From: Macrostomum lignano
Taxonomy: Eukaryota
Assembly (NCBI GenBank): GCA_002269645.1
Contig: NIVC01001901.1
Location: 159,564 to 223,563 of the forward strand
Direction of reading: 5' to 3'
DNA: 64,000 nucleotides
The notes beneath the pieces are model-generated. The model was not told where the DNA came from and did not search any database. It was given only the letters and a program-made list of their open reading frames with translations. A program made the position numbers and the translations under genes. This document shows, piece by piece, positions 42,018-55,200 of the stretch; positions within the stretch are counted from its first letter, which is position 1, and each line of letters begins with the position of its first letter.

Positions 42018-42442
42018 TAAATATTGGTTTTTGCGAGCTATCTCAGCCAAGGAGCAAGCAAACTCATCCATCCCATAGATTTCAATACGACGAAGGAGGT
42101 GGTTTGAACCATAGACTATCACGTTTTTTCAACCAAACTCATCCAACGGGCGAGCAATCTCAGCCATAGCTTGTCTGCCCATTCATTTCCTCTTCCCTTC
42201 TTTCTTTCCTCCTCCTCCGATGGCTCAGTTGCGACAATCATAAAGTCTCTTATATACGAACCAATTAAATTTTTCGCTTAATAAACAAGCTTTGGCTGAG
42301 ATTGCTCGCCCGTTGGATGAGTTTGGTTGAAAAAACGTGATTGTCTATGGTTCAAACCCACCTCCTTCGTCGTATTGAAATCTATGGGATGGATGAGCTT
42401 GCTTGCTCCTTGGCTGAGATAGCTCGCAAAAACCAATATTTA
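42018..42442. mobile_element. MITE/foldback element with about 155-bp inverted repeats
   Basis: 42018-42174 is nearly the reverse complement of about 42285-42442. TSD is ambiguous: TA, or the overlapping direct repeat TATTTAACGAG. Confidence 0.85.
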
Positions 42443-42561
42443 ACGAGTCGGCAACTGTTTGGGGCACAGACAAATACGAAGCTTATAAATTAACGGTTGG
42501 GCAACGATTGAAAATAAAAGTGCATTGGATTCGGATCGGTATACAACTTGTCCCCCCTCAA

Positions 42562-42754
42562 GGCAAGGAGCTCTTATAATTTATAGCAGTCTTCTGGAAT
42601 GAAAACGAGTTTTACCTCACACGCAAATTGTTAAGATAAGGAGCCAGCACTGAATGTCTGACTCTATCTGACTCTGCCCAGTCTGCATGGCCTCATGAGG
42701 TTAAAGTAAAAAACTCGTTTCCACTCTAGATTTCTAATTATAGAACTCCTTGCC
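42562..42754. mobile_element. Small degenerate palindromic MITE
   Basis: Ends GGCAAGGAG...CTCCTTGCC flanked by TCAA on both sides; internal inverted GAAAACGAGTTTTACCTCA-like arms. Confidence 0.55.
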
Positions 42755-43210
42755 TCAAGGCCTCAAGGAAAAAACATTTGTAGTTATGGATTGGTGAGGT
42801 TTGAGTGTTAATCGGTGAGCTGAAAGAGCTTACAAGCTGACAAGGTGAAACGGCGAATTTGTTGCAAGTTTGGAAGTAAGCGCCAATGCTGTTCAGCAAT
42901 TACAGCACAAATCTCGCGAGCTTCGGCGGGACCGGGATATTATAATTTGGTCGTTCCCCTGCCCGGGGCATCCGGCTCATTGGTCGTGGTATATATCTGC
43001 TCTTTTATATCTCTGGCCGCCATTTGCAGTAGGGAAATAGGGAATGAGACGTGAATGAGACATTCACACGTGAATGAGAAAATCACACAAGTCCGATCCG
43101 ATCGCCAAATGTAACAATAGAAGTTCTTTTATCACGCTTAAAAATGCAAGTCTTCGCCACGTCGACCTTCGCCTTTGCCTACCTTTGCCTTTGCCTACTA
43201 GCCCAACCTT

Positions 43211-43404
43211 TGCTTACCAGCAAATTGAACTGGATGAGGTGGCCAGAAACCTCTCCATCATCTGCAACACGTCGCGTGTGTACCGAGTAAACCGGCTGCA
43301 AATGGGGATGAAAAAGTCCCGTTCATCTTCTAGAACCATGGAATCGATTTTGTCAGACATCAAAAGGACTGCTGATTTATCAAGACGACATCCTGGTGCA
43401 CGCA
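43211..43404 (+). pseudogene. Gypsy-type LTR retrotransposon reverse transcriptase relic
   Basis: AYQQIELDE...YRVNRLQMGMK...TMESILSDIK, then in a shifted frame GLLIYQDDILVHA (YxDD). Confidence 0.7.
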
Positions 43405-43581
43405 TCAGATGCGGCTACACTAAAAAATAAGCGTCTTACCGCGGTGCGCACCCGACTGCGAGTAAAGCGTGTCACGTCCATGAACGAGTACAAGTGCATT
43501 GGATTCGGACCGGTATGCAACACCTACGTATCCTTTGAGCCACTTCCTGACATTTCACTTGAACTTCAAGTGACCCCTTTG

Positions 43582-43734
43582 CCCGTACAGCAATCGGATA
43601 ACGACGTCATACACGACGTCATACACGTCGGCTGAACGTCGGTGTAATGTAAGTTTATATTTGTCATACTGTAGACGACGATAGACGCGAGGAGCGTCGG
43701 GCCGACGTCGACCAACGTCGGATTGCTGTGCGGG
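43582..43734. mobile_element. 153-bp miniature CCC...GGG TIR element
   Basis: CCCGTACAGCAATC versus the right-end reverse complement CCCGCACAGCAATC; TTG on both flanks; internal ACGTC repeats. Confidence 0.65.
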
Positions 43735-46700
43735 TTGAGCATTTATATCAATAGTTTTGACACTTTTGAGCTGGACGGCAATTTTAAGCAAAGTTTGTAT
43801 TACGAACTATATATATAGCAACCTTTTTAATCAAGTTTCCTCAATTTTCGTTCAATAGATCATCCCTATAATATATAGAAGTGACTTCTTATCCTGGCAA
43901 AAAAGAGTTCGACTTCATGACGAGCAGGTATAAATCCTGTTTGAAAGTTTTACAGATCGGTTTAATTAATTACCTAATTAAGACTCAGTATATGCAATAG
44001 CGATCAATTAAAAATGCAAGGACTTCTTGACTAGTCTAGAAGTCCTTGAAGTAAATATTAAAAATTTGAATTTTTGCTTTCTTGTAAATTTAAGTGTTAA
44101 AGTTCCGCGCATGACGCACTCACTAAAATAACTGTGCTATTTATGAATGAATATTATGTATTTTTTATTTTAAAGTTTATCACAAATTTGCTAATTTATG
44201 AATGTTGGATAAATATTTTGCAAAAAAGCAATACTATTATTAGGCGTTGGCCTATCCTTTTGTAGTTTTTTATTTTTTCTGAAAAAGAACATCTCAAAGA
44301 ACATATTAGTTATTGCATATATTTATTTCATATGCACTAGGTTTTTTCGTCTAAATCGTTATGCCATTTTCAATTCGACATGCCATTGGCGTAAAATATA
44401 AAATAGCAATTTGTGAGCCTATATTAGTGTTTCCTTGCAGATTCAAAGATAGATAGGAGTGATAATAGCTTGCCAGTTTGGCAACCAGCAGCAGCAGGCA
44501 TATACAATGTACAAAATGACAGGGTATTTGAACAAATTTTAGAACAAATTTAAAAGCAAAACTAAAATTTGGAATTGAGGATTTAGCATTGGCAATTTGG
44601 CATCAAAATCATTATGCCATTTTTAATTTTGACATGTCATGGCATGCCGATAACAAAAACCCAGCATATGCATGTTATCCAAATCATTGGAATTATAGTA
44701 GGAAGTCAATATAGCTTGTAGCTAAAATAAATTGAATCCAAGTAATTCTTCTATATAATAATTTTGAAAAAAATTTTAAGTTTTTGAAAGCAGTGTAGGT
44801 GGCTATATAAACTAGGCCTGATAAAAATGCACCTAGTCCTAGGCTATCATTATTAAAAAAAGAACTATTTTTTGTTACTGGATGCATTTCGTTGGCTATT
44901 CAACACTATTAAATGTGAGGTGGGGCAGAGAAAGTTTTCTTGGAAATTGGTTGATTTTTGAAATTTGCTGACACCAGTGAGGTGGGGCGGATTCCACGTT
45001 TGAATGGCCGCCAACGTTGAGTTTGCACGAATAAAGCTAGAAATTGTGCAGACGAATCACAATGAATTATTTCCTCCTGTTTTACTCCGACTGCCGGGTT
45101 CTCAAGTCTGGGGGGAGGGTAGTCATAATTGTAGTCGAGCGGTCGTGAGCAGCATGGTCATTCAGACTTTAGACTCAATGGTCTAGACACCATAAATCTG
45201 TTTCTGAGTTGTTGAGCTGATTACTATCAGTAGAGTAGCATTGCCACCACCGTAATTTCGTATTACGGAACATTGAGATCTCAGAGCTCATTCGGAGATG
45301 AGATTAATAGGTTGTTTAATGCCCCACGGGCAAATAACTCAAGATAAACTGATATGGGCTTCGATAAATGAACAACTATTAATTTATTAATTGTTTATTG
45401 TTAAGTGAGCAGGCGGTATTTATTAGAGACAATTATTAATTTCACAATTGAGATATCCATGGCCGGTGCCGGGTGCTAAACAATTAACTATCAGATAAAA
45501 CTATTAAAACAGACACTTGACAAACACTAGCACTAACCAGGGGAGAGAATAACAAACAAAACAGACACAAACCCCCACATATAAACAAATGGTGGCCCGA
45601 AATGGCCTTAATAAATAGGGGAAACAATGTCGTCCGGATGGGAATGGGGCAACAGATGGGGCAGGAAGGCGAAGGATGGGGCAAGCAATGGGGCAGCGGA
45701 CAACACTAAAGCCATAAGCGGAAAAAAAATGAGCAAAGATAAATGATGGGGCGAGGGATGGGGCAAAGGGCGGCGCACCGAGTGATGGGAAACAGCAAGT
45801 CACAAGCAAGTTTTGCCACACAGCATCATTGCGTTCATTGGTCAGTGGTAGCTTGCCCTACCACAAATGTATTCATAAAAAGCCATGCTTTTTTAAAATA
45901 AAGCATAATTTGTTATAGGCCTATTTAGTGCCACTATGCAATGAATCAATAATGAAAATTTGCTTTTGAGTCTATAATGGGTATATAAGGTACAATTTGC
46001 TTGATAGTAATATAAGCCTTTAAAAAATCTTCATAGAGCTTCATGAAATTGTTTTAGAGACTAGCATATGCATTTCACATTTGGATATTTTAATTGTTCT
46101 TCTTCATAGTATCTTGATATTGTTTATTGTCTTAGGCCTAGTGCAATGCATTTTAAAAGTGAAAGTTTGCTATATGCAACACCTTGGCAAAAGTTGCTAT
46201 GGTGCCACAATTTTGCAATGAACATCTGCTATGCCTAAGCATAATGTTTATAAACCTACGCAATGCATCTATAGAATCTAAAATTTTATTCCAATAGGGG
46301 TCCAAATTGCCTGTCAAGATAAAAACAAAAAATCATTTGTCAAAATTTGGTATTGTTAGGGCAGTTGTCTCTTTCCTTTCTAGTTATGCTATTAGTAGAG
46401 AGTAATAGGATTAGCATTTTTGGATTTGACAAGTTAGTATATTTTATACCTAGCATATGACTGAGACTTATCTACCCCTAAGCCTTGTCCTGCTTGCTTT
46501 CTCTGTCCCTTTATCTTTTCCCAATATTATGCAATAACATTATAAGCCAAATTCATCCCTTGACTCTTCCAAGTATGATAGGCCTAGTCTTGGTCTTATA
46601 CCTTTTTTCTTATTGGGGGATATTTTGGGCATCTAAGTTAAGACCTAAATTTTCATGGATTAAATCTAGGAAAGGTAGATAGTATAAATATTATATTTCT

Positions 46701-46996
46701 ATCAATTTTATTTCTAAGCACATGTAACAAATACCCTTAAATTCCTAACAAATATAATTTAGAACTATTTTCATTAGATCCTTTGTATGTTTTATACTTG
46801 TATATATTTCATATTATATCCTTATTCAACCTTGTCTAACAACCTTAGACATCAGCAATCCTGTCCTAATTTCCAATGAATTTAGTCTTATTTTTTACTT
46901 GAGTCTTTATTGTTTAAAAAATTGTTATAGATAAATTCATGAATAAAGAATAATTATAATACTTTTTCCATCAATTCTGATGCTTGCACAGTCACC

Positions 46997-47458
46997 ATGC
47001 TGGAGTCCACCCTAGTAATTCTGTTTGTGGCCGTGTTCACAGCTTTCTTAGGCGAAGGCCTCACCTGGCTTCTGGTCTATCGTACCGAGAAGTATAAAAA
47101 GCTCCGAGATGAAGTTGATAAGCAGAGCCGCCGGCTGGAGAAGCGCAAAGACACCAGCGCCGCCGATCTTAGCGACAAGAGCGCCAAGCGCAAGCTGGAG
47201 AAACAGGAGGAAAGATTGAAAAGCTTCAATCGCGACTTGTCTTTTGTTAACATGAAATCTATGCTGGCAATATTCTTAGTGTTCACGGCGCTGTTCTCCA
47301 TGTTTAACTCTATTTTTGACGGGCGAGTGGTTGCCAAGCTGCCATTTGTGCCAGTATCCCTTCTGCAGGGCATCTCGCATCGAAACCTCCTAGGAGAGGA
47401 CTATAGCGACTGCTCCTTCACTTTCTTGTACGTCATCTGCACCATGTCCGTGCGACAG
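46997..47458 (+). CDS. TMCO1: TMCO1 (ER Oxa1-family translocon / calcium load-activated channel), coding exon 1
   Basis: EGLTWLLVYRTEKYKKL, MKSM, FNSIFDGRVVAKLPF, GISHRNLLGEDYSDCSF and LYVICTMSVRQ match the TMCO1 family. Phase-0 donor CAG|GTGAGT. Confidence 0.96.
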
Positions 47459-47571
47459 GTGAGTGCAAATTAGATCTAAATCCAACCTTATAAACGTTAA
47501 CAAAATTGAATCATTTGCATGCGACATTGAAAAAATAGCCATTATGCTGCATCAACGTTTAAAATTTGCAG

Positions 47572-47670
47572 AACGTTCAAAAACTTCTCGGCTTTGCGCC
47601 GTCCCGCTCGGCCAGCAAGCAGTCCGGCTTCTTCGGCCAATCGCAGTCGTCCTTCTTCAAGCAGCAGTAG
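47572..47670 (+). CDS. TMCO1: TMCO1 coding exon 2 (NVQKLLGFAPSRSASKQ...*); total 186 aa
   Basis: Acceptor TTTGCAG; matches the family C-terminus NIQKILGLAPSR; TAG at 47668-70. Confidence 0.93.
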   Translation, partial: NVQKLLGFAPSRSASKQSGFFGQSQSSFFKQQ

Positions 47671-49078
47671 CTGGCGTTGACTGAACTTTTGGCTTTGATT
47701 AAATCCTTGCTTGACTCTCAATTGGGGTTTAAATTTGAAACTAAACTGTGTGTGCATGTTGTGAAACATTACTCTGTACTCATGCAATTGATCGGTCATA
47801 CTATAGTAGCTTGAAAATATCACAGGTTATTATTCTAAATGCGTTTATAACAAAACTGCTTGTTTTGAAATTGATTTGAATTTTTAAAAAATAAGAGTTT
47901 ATTTAAAGGTGCGAGTTGGGGTCAGTGGAGTTTAACAAAAATGTAGTCGACTTTTTATTATATTCATTAATTTTACCCCAATCTCAAAAAAGAAACAAGG
48001 CTCGTTCCATATTTACCAGGTAGCTACTTAATTATTTCACACCGGAAATAATAACACTGTTTTGTGCAGCGGTGATCAAAAAACAAACGAAAAAAAATTT
48101 AAGCCTAACTTTCCTGTTTGGTGCCAACTAAAAATACAAAACTTAGCTTTAAATAAAAAGCGCAACTTTTTCTTGGATAAGGCATTGTATAAAAAATGAG
48201 TAATTAAAAAATTGGTAATTGTCACCAATAAATATTCGAAGATTGCAAATGGAATGACGCATTGATTTGGTTTCAAATATAAATGGCGACTGGTTAAAAA
48301 CTTCCATTATTACAAAAAATTTTGATTCTGGCGAAAGCTAATTATAAAAGGATCCAAAAAGACGGGAATTAAGAACGGAGCTTCTAAATCTCTAGACCAT
48401 GACCAACTAAAGTGCATGTATCGCAAATCGTAAAATTCCCAATGCCTCACCGATCTCCGAACCAAGCTCACAAGCTTGTGAAGCAAGAGTTTGAAAAAAA
48501 TATTGTTGGAGAGCGGCAATACTCAAAACACAGTTGCGCGTTCTAAACGGATTTCGCAGGGATTTGCTTTTTCTGCAAATGAGGTGTTGCCATAGACACA
48601 TTCGTTCGAGCAAAAGAGACAAGAGTAGCTGAGGTTCCGCCGGAACTTTTGCTTTATTGCATGGTAAAAACAGGTTGCTAAACTTGTGAGCGCACCTCGG
48701 ACACAACACATGCTTGCTTAATTTGGAATTCCGGTATTGACAAATTTGTGCTAGAAAACGGAAATTCGCACGGATTGCGTTTAGCGTCCTACTTTAGTTG
48801 CACGCGACACGTACTTTGCACTGCAGGTTAGATCGACCAATCAGTGCCACCTCATCAATACAAAGATACCCATGGGCAGGTGCGCCATCAAAACTCTAAT
48901 ATATAATGTCAGCTCCACTCAAGATTCACCACAATTTCTTTTTCCTTTTCTAGAGCGAGTGAAATGAATTAAAAATAGATCCTTTTGCAATCCATGCAGT
49001 AGTACGAGCTAGTAACAATGTCTCTTGTGTACGCTTGATTCAGTAGTGTCCAATTTTACATCTCAATTCTCGCTTAAA

Positions 49079-49276
49079 TTAAGCATCGGACATGGCTGGC
49101 TGGGCGATGTTATCGTACACATCGTCCTCCATGGGGCCGTACACCTTGTTAGCGAAATTGTCGTAGGCTACGCCGCCGCCAGCAGTTGAATGGCTGGCAT
49201 TCGACATGGTCTCGTAGTTGCCGGACTCGTGTGGCAGAGCGGGGCTTCCGGACTGGGCGCGTCTGCGCAAAGCGAA
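49079..49276 (-). CDS. Membrane protein exon 12: cytoplasmic tail
   Basis: FALRRR stop-transfer sequence, then NYETM, AYDNF, KVYGP, VYDNI; acceptor CAACAG. Confidence 0.8.
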   Translation of the reverse strand, partial: FALRRRAQSGSPALPHESGNYETMSNASHSTAGGGVAYDNFANKVYGPMEDDVYDNIAQPAMSDA

Positions 49277-52200
49277 CTGTTGCACGGGGGTACGGTTATA
49301 AAATCAAATAGTTAGCTATATACTCTCAAATATGTGGTGCAGCTGGATATTAAATCCAAGCGATTACCAAGACCGATTGTTGAATCAAAGGCTCCCTCGC
49401 AATCATACCGCCATCAAATGTATGAGAAGTCAAACCACGCGACTGATGTAAAAATAAAGCGACCAAAAGGCTCTGTGGCCCTCTAACCCCGCATTCTTTG
49501 ATTGAGGGAGGGCCTCTAACCCCGCATTCTTTGATTGAGGGAGGGCCTCTAACCCCGCATCCTTTGATTGAGGGAGGGCCTCTAACCCCGCATCCTTTGA
49601 TTGAGGGAGGGCCTCTAACCCCGCATTCTTTGATTGAGGGAGGGCCTCTAACCCCGCATCCTTTGATTGAGGGAGGGCCTCTAACCCCGCATTCTTTGAT
49701 TGAGGGAGGGCCTCTAACCCCGCATTCTTTGATTGAGGGAGGGCCTCTAACCCCGCATCCTTTGATTGAGGGAGGGCCTCTAACCCCGCATCCTTTGATT
49801 GAGGGAGGGCCTCTAACCCCGCATTCTTTGATTGAGGGAGGGCCTCTAACCCCGCATCCTTTGATTGAGGGAGGGCCTCTAACCCCGCATCCTTTGATTG
49901 AAGGAGGGCCTCTAACCCCGCATCCTTTGCTTGAGGGAGGGCCTCTAACCTCGCATCCTTTGATTGAAGGAGGGCCTCTAACCCCGCATCCTTTGCTTGA
50001 GGGAGGGCCTCTAACCTCGCATCCTTTGCTTGAGGGAGGGCCTCTAACCTCGCATCCTTTGCTTGAGGGAGGGCCTCTAACCTCGCATCCTTTGCTTGAG
50101 GGAGGCCCTCGATCTAACCCCGCATCCTTTGCTTGAGGGAGGCCCTCGATCTAACCCCGCATCCTTTGATTGAAGGACGGCCTCTAACCCCGCATCCTTT
50201 GCTTGAGGGAGGCCCTCGATCTAACCCCGCATTCTTTGATTGAGAATTTCTGAACACATCAGACCTTAAGCGTCTGCGCCAGTCCCAATCTCCAAAAAGT
50301 ATTGAGTAGCGTAAAATTGCAGCAGGGTAGGTAGTAGGTCACCCTAAGCAGCAATAGCCTTAACTGGCCAACTCACCGTGATGAGCACTGCGGCCACGGC
50401 TACCACGGCAACCGTGATGAGCACTCCGACAACGATTCCGACCACGTTCAGCGGGGCGCCGCTGTCGCTGTTGCCTCGGAATAGCGGCGCCGCGGTCGGC
50501 GGCTCTACAATTGAGCTGTCGAAATTCTCGTTGAAGCTCTGCCGAGCCGACGGCGCCAGGGTGACACCGTTGAAGTCGATTAGCAGAGTCTGCTTCAAGG
50601 CCTGGATTAAGATTTCAAGTGAGATATCCGGTCCTAGATATTGGTAAATTACATGCAATTGCAGTGTACAGCTTGCACACATGGAAAAATGCAGTAGAGG
50701 GAAGCTAAGCTACACTGGATTTTTTCTTAGAAATGAGCTGTAGGCCGGTAAGGAACGTGTATTTTTCGACCTATCGCCAGTAGTACACTGTATGAGTACG
50801 AGTATGAGTAATAATCGTCTTTGTCGATGGCGAAGTTTTCAAACACAAATATGCGTTCCTCATACCGGCATACAATTCAAGCTTATTTCTAAGAAAATCA
50901 AGTGTAGCGTCCTTGTATCGCTTTTGACGATCTAAACGGGAATGAATTTGGACAATCAAAACGGGACGCCATTGACATTCATGCCAGACCACAGACTTGG
51001 GCTGCTTGGATGGGAATACACAACCTTAGAATGTGGAATTGACAATAAAAATGGGAAAAAGCCGTTCAAAACGGGAATTCGCCCAATTTAACGTATTTTT
51101 ATATGTCAAGGCCACTGGAATATTTAAAAGTGAACAAAGTGTCCGTTACCGGAAGCAAAACAAAAGTAACTCGGAACTCCTTGAGCGTCAGGAATTGGTG
51201 GCGCCATTGAATTCGTTCGCTTTCAGGCCAAAGACGCGACGAGCAAACAGGGGAGAGAGGGACTGAGAGCTATAAAATCTCAGTCCGATTCCCGTTTTGA
51301 ATGGCTTTTTCCCATATTGAATGCCCAAAGTTATAGTCTATGGCCAAGCCTGCCTCAGTAGACTCAGCTAAACTGCTTAAGTCCATGACTAGGGTGAGAT
51401 CTGTGGCCTGGCTTGAATGTCTATGGCGTCCCGTTTTTTAGATCGTCAAAAGCGATACTTGAGTAGTTCCTGTGTGCAAGCTATTTGTGTATCTTAAATT
51501 CGTGCTTGTACAGCGTTGGCACTGTGGGGGGGGTCACAAATCCCACCTGTATTTCTACCTCACCTCAGAACGAAAGCCCAGGTTTGACTTGCCACTCGGT
51601 CAAAGGTATGTTTATTGCGGAGGAGGGTGACCCAGGTAGCCTACGCGTACTATCCGCGGTCAACTTTGCTTAACTTCGTTTTTGAACAGCCCCAAGCCCT
51701 CAAAACCAACCATTGTCTTGAGCTCGAACGCGGACGCAGGGAGGTCGGCAGTCGAATCGCCTGGCGACTTCTGCATACCGACGGTCACCAGAATGCTGCC
51801 GGGCTCCAGGTCAACGAGGCGGATGTGGTGCGCCTGAAGATTTCCTTCGTAAGCGAATCGCTTGGCCACGATTCTGCGGGAGTTATGGTCGGTATGTGAC
51901 TGTGGGCAGGCAGGCAGTAAGACAGTTAAAATAATAATAATAACTGCAGGAGGGCTGCGGGCACCCTGGCGCCTTCGGCAAAATCGTCCCACAACCAGCG
52001 CTGACGCCAACTCTGCTGGCTCCTGAACACACAAGCGCGCCAATACTGTACGCAGGCCCGCACTCATACACACGCTCTCACAGGGTGTACAGCGGGCCTC
52101 CTGACTTTCTAATCGTCCGGTATGTACACTCTGTGTCTAGAGGATGGGCATGGATGAGACTGCACATTGTAACCTTCGTGACACACATTGAACCAAGGAT

Positions 52201-55200
52201 GATTTGAGTAGAAAAATACGGGGAAAATTCCAAGGAAAAGCTATCACCACGAGCGTAGCTTTTTTTCTCACGATCCGCCCATTAAACGTTTTCTAAGAAG
52301 CAAAGTCGTCCTTGATTTGAACGCTGTCAAACCACAAAACACTGGAGTTCATGCTGTTTTGTTAACAACAGATATTGGCTATTTTTAGAATAAAAACAAT
52401 GTTTGACGTTGCCGTTTTCTCACCGCTGCATTTTCACTTCGTCCTCCATTGTCGGCAGCACAGACATGTAGTCAGCGCCGTACGTGATGGTAACTGACAA
52501 GTTAGTGGTCTCCACAATCGCTGAAATTGGACATGAATAACGCGTTTTTAGCTACTAAATCAACTTTTTTAACAGAGTGGATGTCCACATAAGCACCAGA
52601 ATAGAAATGCATATCTATCAGAAAGGCTGCGTCGTCTCACGACCAGCGGTGAGGCAATTGATCTTCTGCTCATTCCGCAGACTCCGACCGCAAAAGAATA
52701 CTTGTCGGACCGATGCAGTCGGTTTTTGGTCTGAGTTCCATTCTGATGCTCAAGTTGACATCCATTTGGAAAGCTCAACTTACGACAGGCAAGCGAAGAT
52801 CCTTGCGCTAACGGCACCGGCCTCGGGTCCGGGAGCACGGCGCCGTTGTCGGACACCACGCAGAAGCAGTGAGTCTGGTTGCATTGCCTCGCTTCGTAGA
52901 GGCCGTCCGAGACCCGGCACTTCATCTTCTCTACGCCCAGATGGAGCCGGACCCAGCAGATAGGCAGAATCTTCTTTGGCGGCGGCGGTGTCGTTGTTGT
53001 TGGCGCTACGCTGGTCGGAGTTGTAGTCGCGATCGGGGTCGAGGGTGGCGCAGTCGAGGGTGGCGCAGTCGAGGGTGGCGCAGTCGAGGGTGGCGCAGTC
53101 GAGGGTGGCGCAGTTGAGGGTGGCGCAGTCGAGGGTGGCGCAGTCGAGGTCGGCACAGTCGAAGGCGCACCCCCGCCGCTTCCCTCCGCTGCGGTGGTCT
53201 TTGTGTCTGCGGCAGCTCCTGACTGCGTAGTCTTTGTTTCTTCAGTTCTTCCTGATGTTTTTGTCGTTGACGCGTCCGCAGCTCTTCCAGACGGTGTGGT
53301 TGTCGAAGTCGCCGAGCTGCTGCAGTTGTCGTTCGGGTGCAGAGCGGCCAACCGACGGGCGCAGGCAGCAATCTCGGTGCCGTTGCGGAGGAAGTAACGC
53401 TCGCTGCCGGTGCACTCGTCCGGGACGCAGAGGGCCCCTGGCCAGCTGGGGCAGGCGGGGCTCACGCACAGATCCGGATAGAAGGCTGTGGAGTTTCTGC
53501 CGCACCAGCCCCGGGCGCAGGCACTAAGGCAGCCGGCCTCCCTTGAGTAGCCACTGGCTCCGCTGACCGGGCAGCCGGCTGAGCACCGGCCGGTGCTGGG
53601 GGAGTAGCGGAAGTTTGGAGTTGTCGGCATCGACTTGCAAGCGATCAGGGACGGGCCGCCGGCGGTGGAGCTGGAGATCGAGGAGGCGGCGCAGACGTCG
53701 GAGTCGGTCTGGCAGCTGACCTCCTGGCCGTTGGCGTTGATGTGCACCAGCCTGCAATTGTCGCAGGCGTCGGCGAAGGTGGCAACTCCTGGACTGCCGC
53801 ATGTTCGGTCGATGGTCCGATTGTGACACCAGGCTGGCAGCTTTCCGTTGGGACAGCGGGCCTTGTACAGGTGGGCCACCTTCAGGTAGTACCTGAGTTG
53901 GAGTGGGAGTGCAAGGTTGATGTAAGCGAGTTGAGAAATTTTGAACGATCTCACACTTGTGCATCAATCCTGTGATTTGACGGTTGACTTCTTTCAGAAT
54001 GCCCCAACTCTCCCACTGGATTTACTTATTAATGATCAGCCGACCGTCTCGAGTGCACGCGATATGGTCGGCGTGCAGAGTGCCAGGCGTCGGCACACCG
54101 TTCCGGTCGACGCACCAGAACATGCCATTGTCCGACACCTGGACATTTTCAAAATTGCCTGTCCGGCGCTTGCACAGCGGCCGGACGGGCAGCGCGATGC
54201 GCACCCGGCCGTGGCAGTTCTGCGCCATCCACTCGCACTCGGCCCAGGAGTTGTACCGGTTGTTGTTGCCGCCGGAGCCGGCGTACCAGAACGGACGGCA
54301 GACTTTTTTCGCCACGTCGTAGCCCCAGCGTCGGCACATCCGGTAGCAGCCAACCGCCGGACAGTGACCGGAGCTAATGCTCATGGAGCAATGCGACTCC
54401 GGCTTAATGTCGGCCGGCGACATGCACTCGAGGCCACAGCCGCTGTTGCAGCACACCTGACTTTCAGTTGGACAGCCGCTGAAGGCGTTGCACCTGTTTC
54501 GGCAGTGATAGTTCAGGTCGTTCTGCTTCGGGCAGTCTTCCTGAAAAACCGGGTGGGCATGAGTTGGAACTGTTTAATGGGAGGCAAATCTGTTGACGAG
54601 AGCATTGAAGGGTTTTGCAAGAACTGGCAGGATTAAGTCATCCGCAAGGAGTCGAACTGCCCAGCAACCAGTGCAGGAGGCGCAGGTGCCTGTTTTGACA
54701 ACATAAATTGTTTTAGTTGGATAGACGACGGATTGTAGCTTACACTGGGACAGGAGCGTGCATTTGGGGGATAGGGATGCCCTGTGTATACCTTAGTGCG
54801 ATAGCAAACATACTTTTTTAAAGCTGCCGAAACCGAAGGCAGCTGGTTCAAGCAAACTGGCGCTGTAGGCCCTGCACTCGTCCTGCTCGCAGGTGTCCAT
54901 GTAGGCGGCCAGGTTTCTGTCCGAAGTGGCCGGCTTGTTGATGGCGTCAGTCTGTTGAAAATGAGATTTGACCAACCGTTTTGCGGAATTTTCATTTGCC
55001 TCTAAAAACATAGACACAATCTACCATTGTCTGCCTCCAAAACCATAGACACAATCTACCATTGTCTGACTCCAAAACCATAGACACAATCTACCATTGT
55101 CTGCCTCCAAAACCATAGACACAATCTACCATTGTCTGACTCCAAAACCATAGACACAATCTACCATTGTCTGCCTCCAAAACCATAGACACAATCTACC

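Noticed and set aside
45470-45830. Purine-rich segment that might be an LTR or a small gene
   Set aside because: The ORFs lack recognisable motifs, and no termini or TSD were identified.
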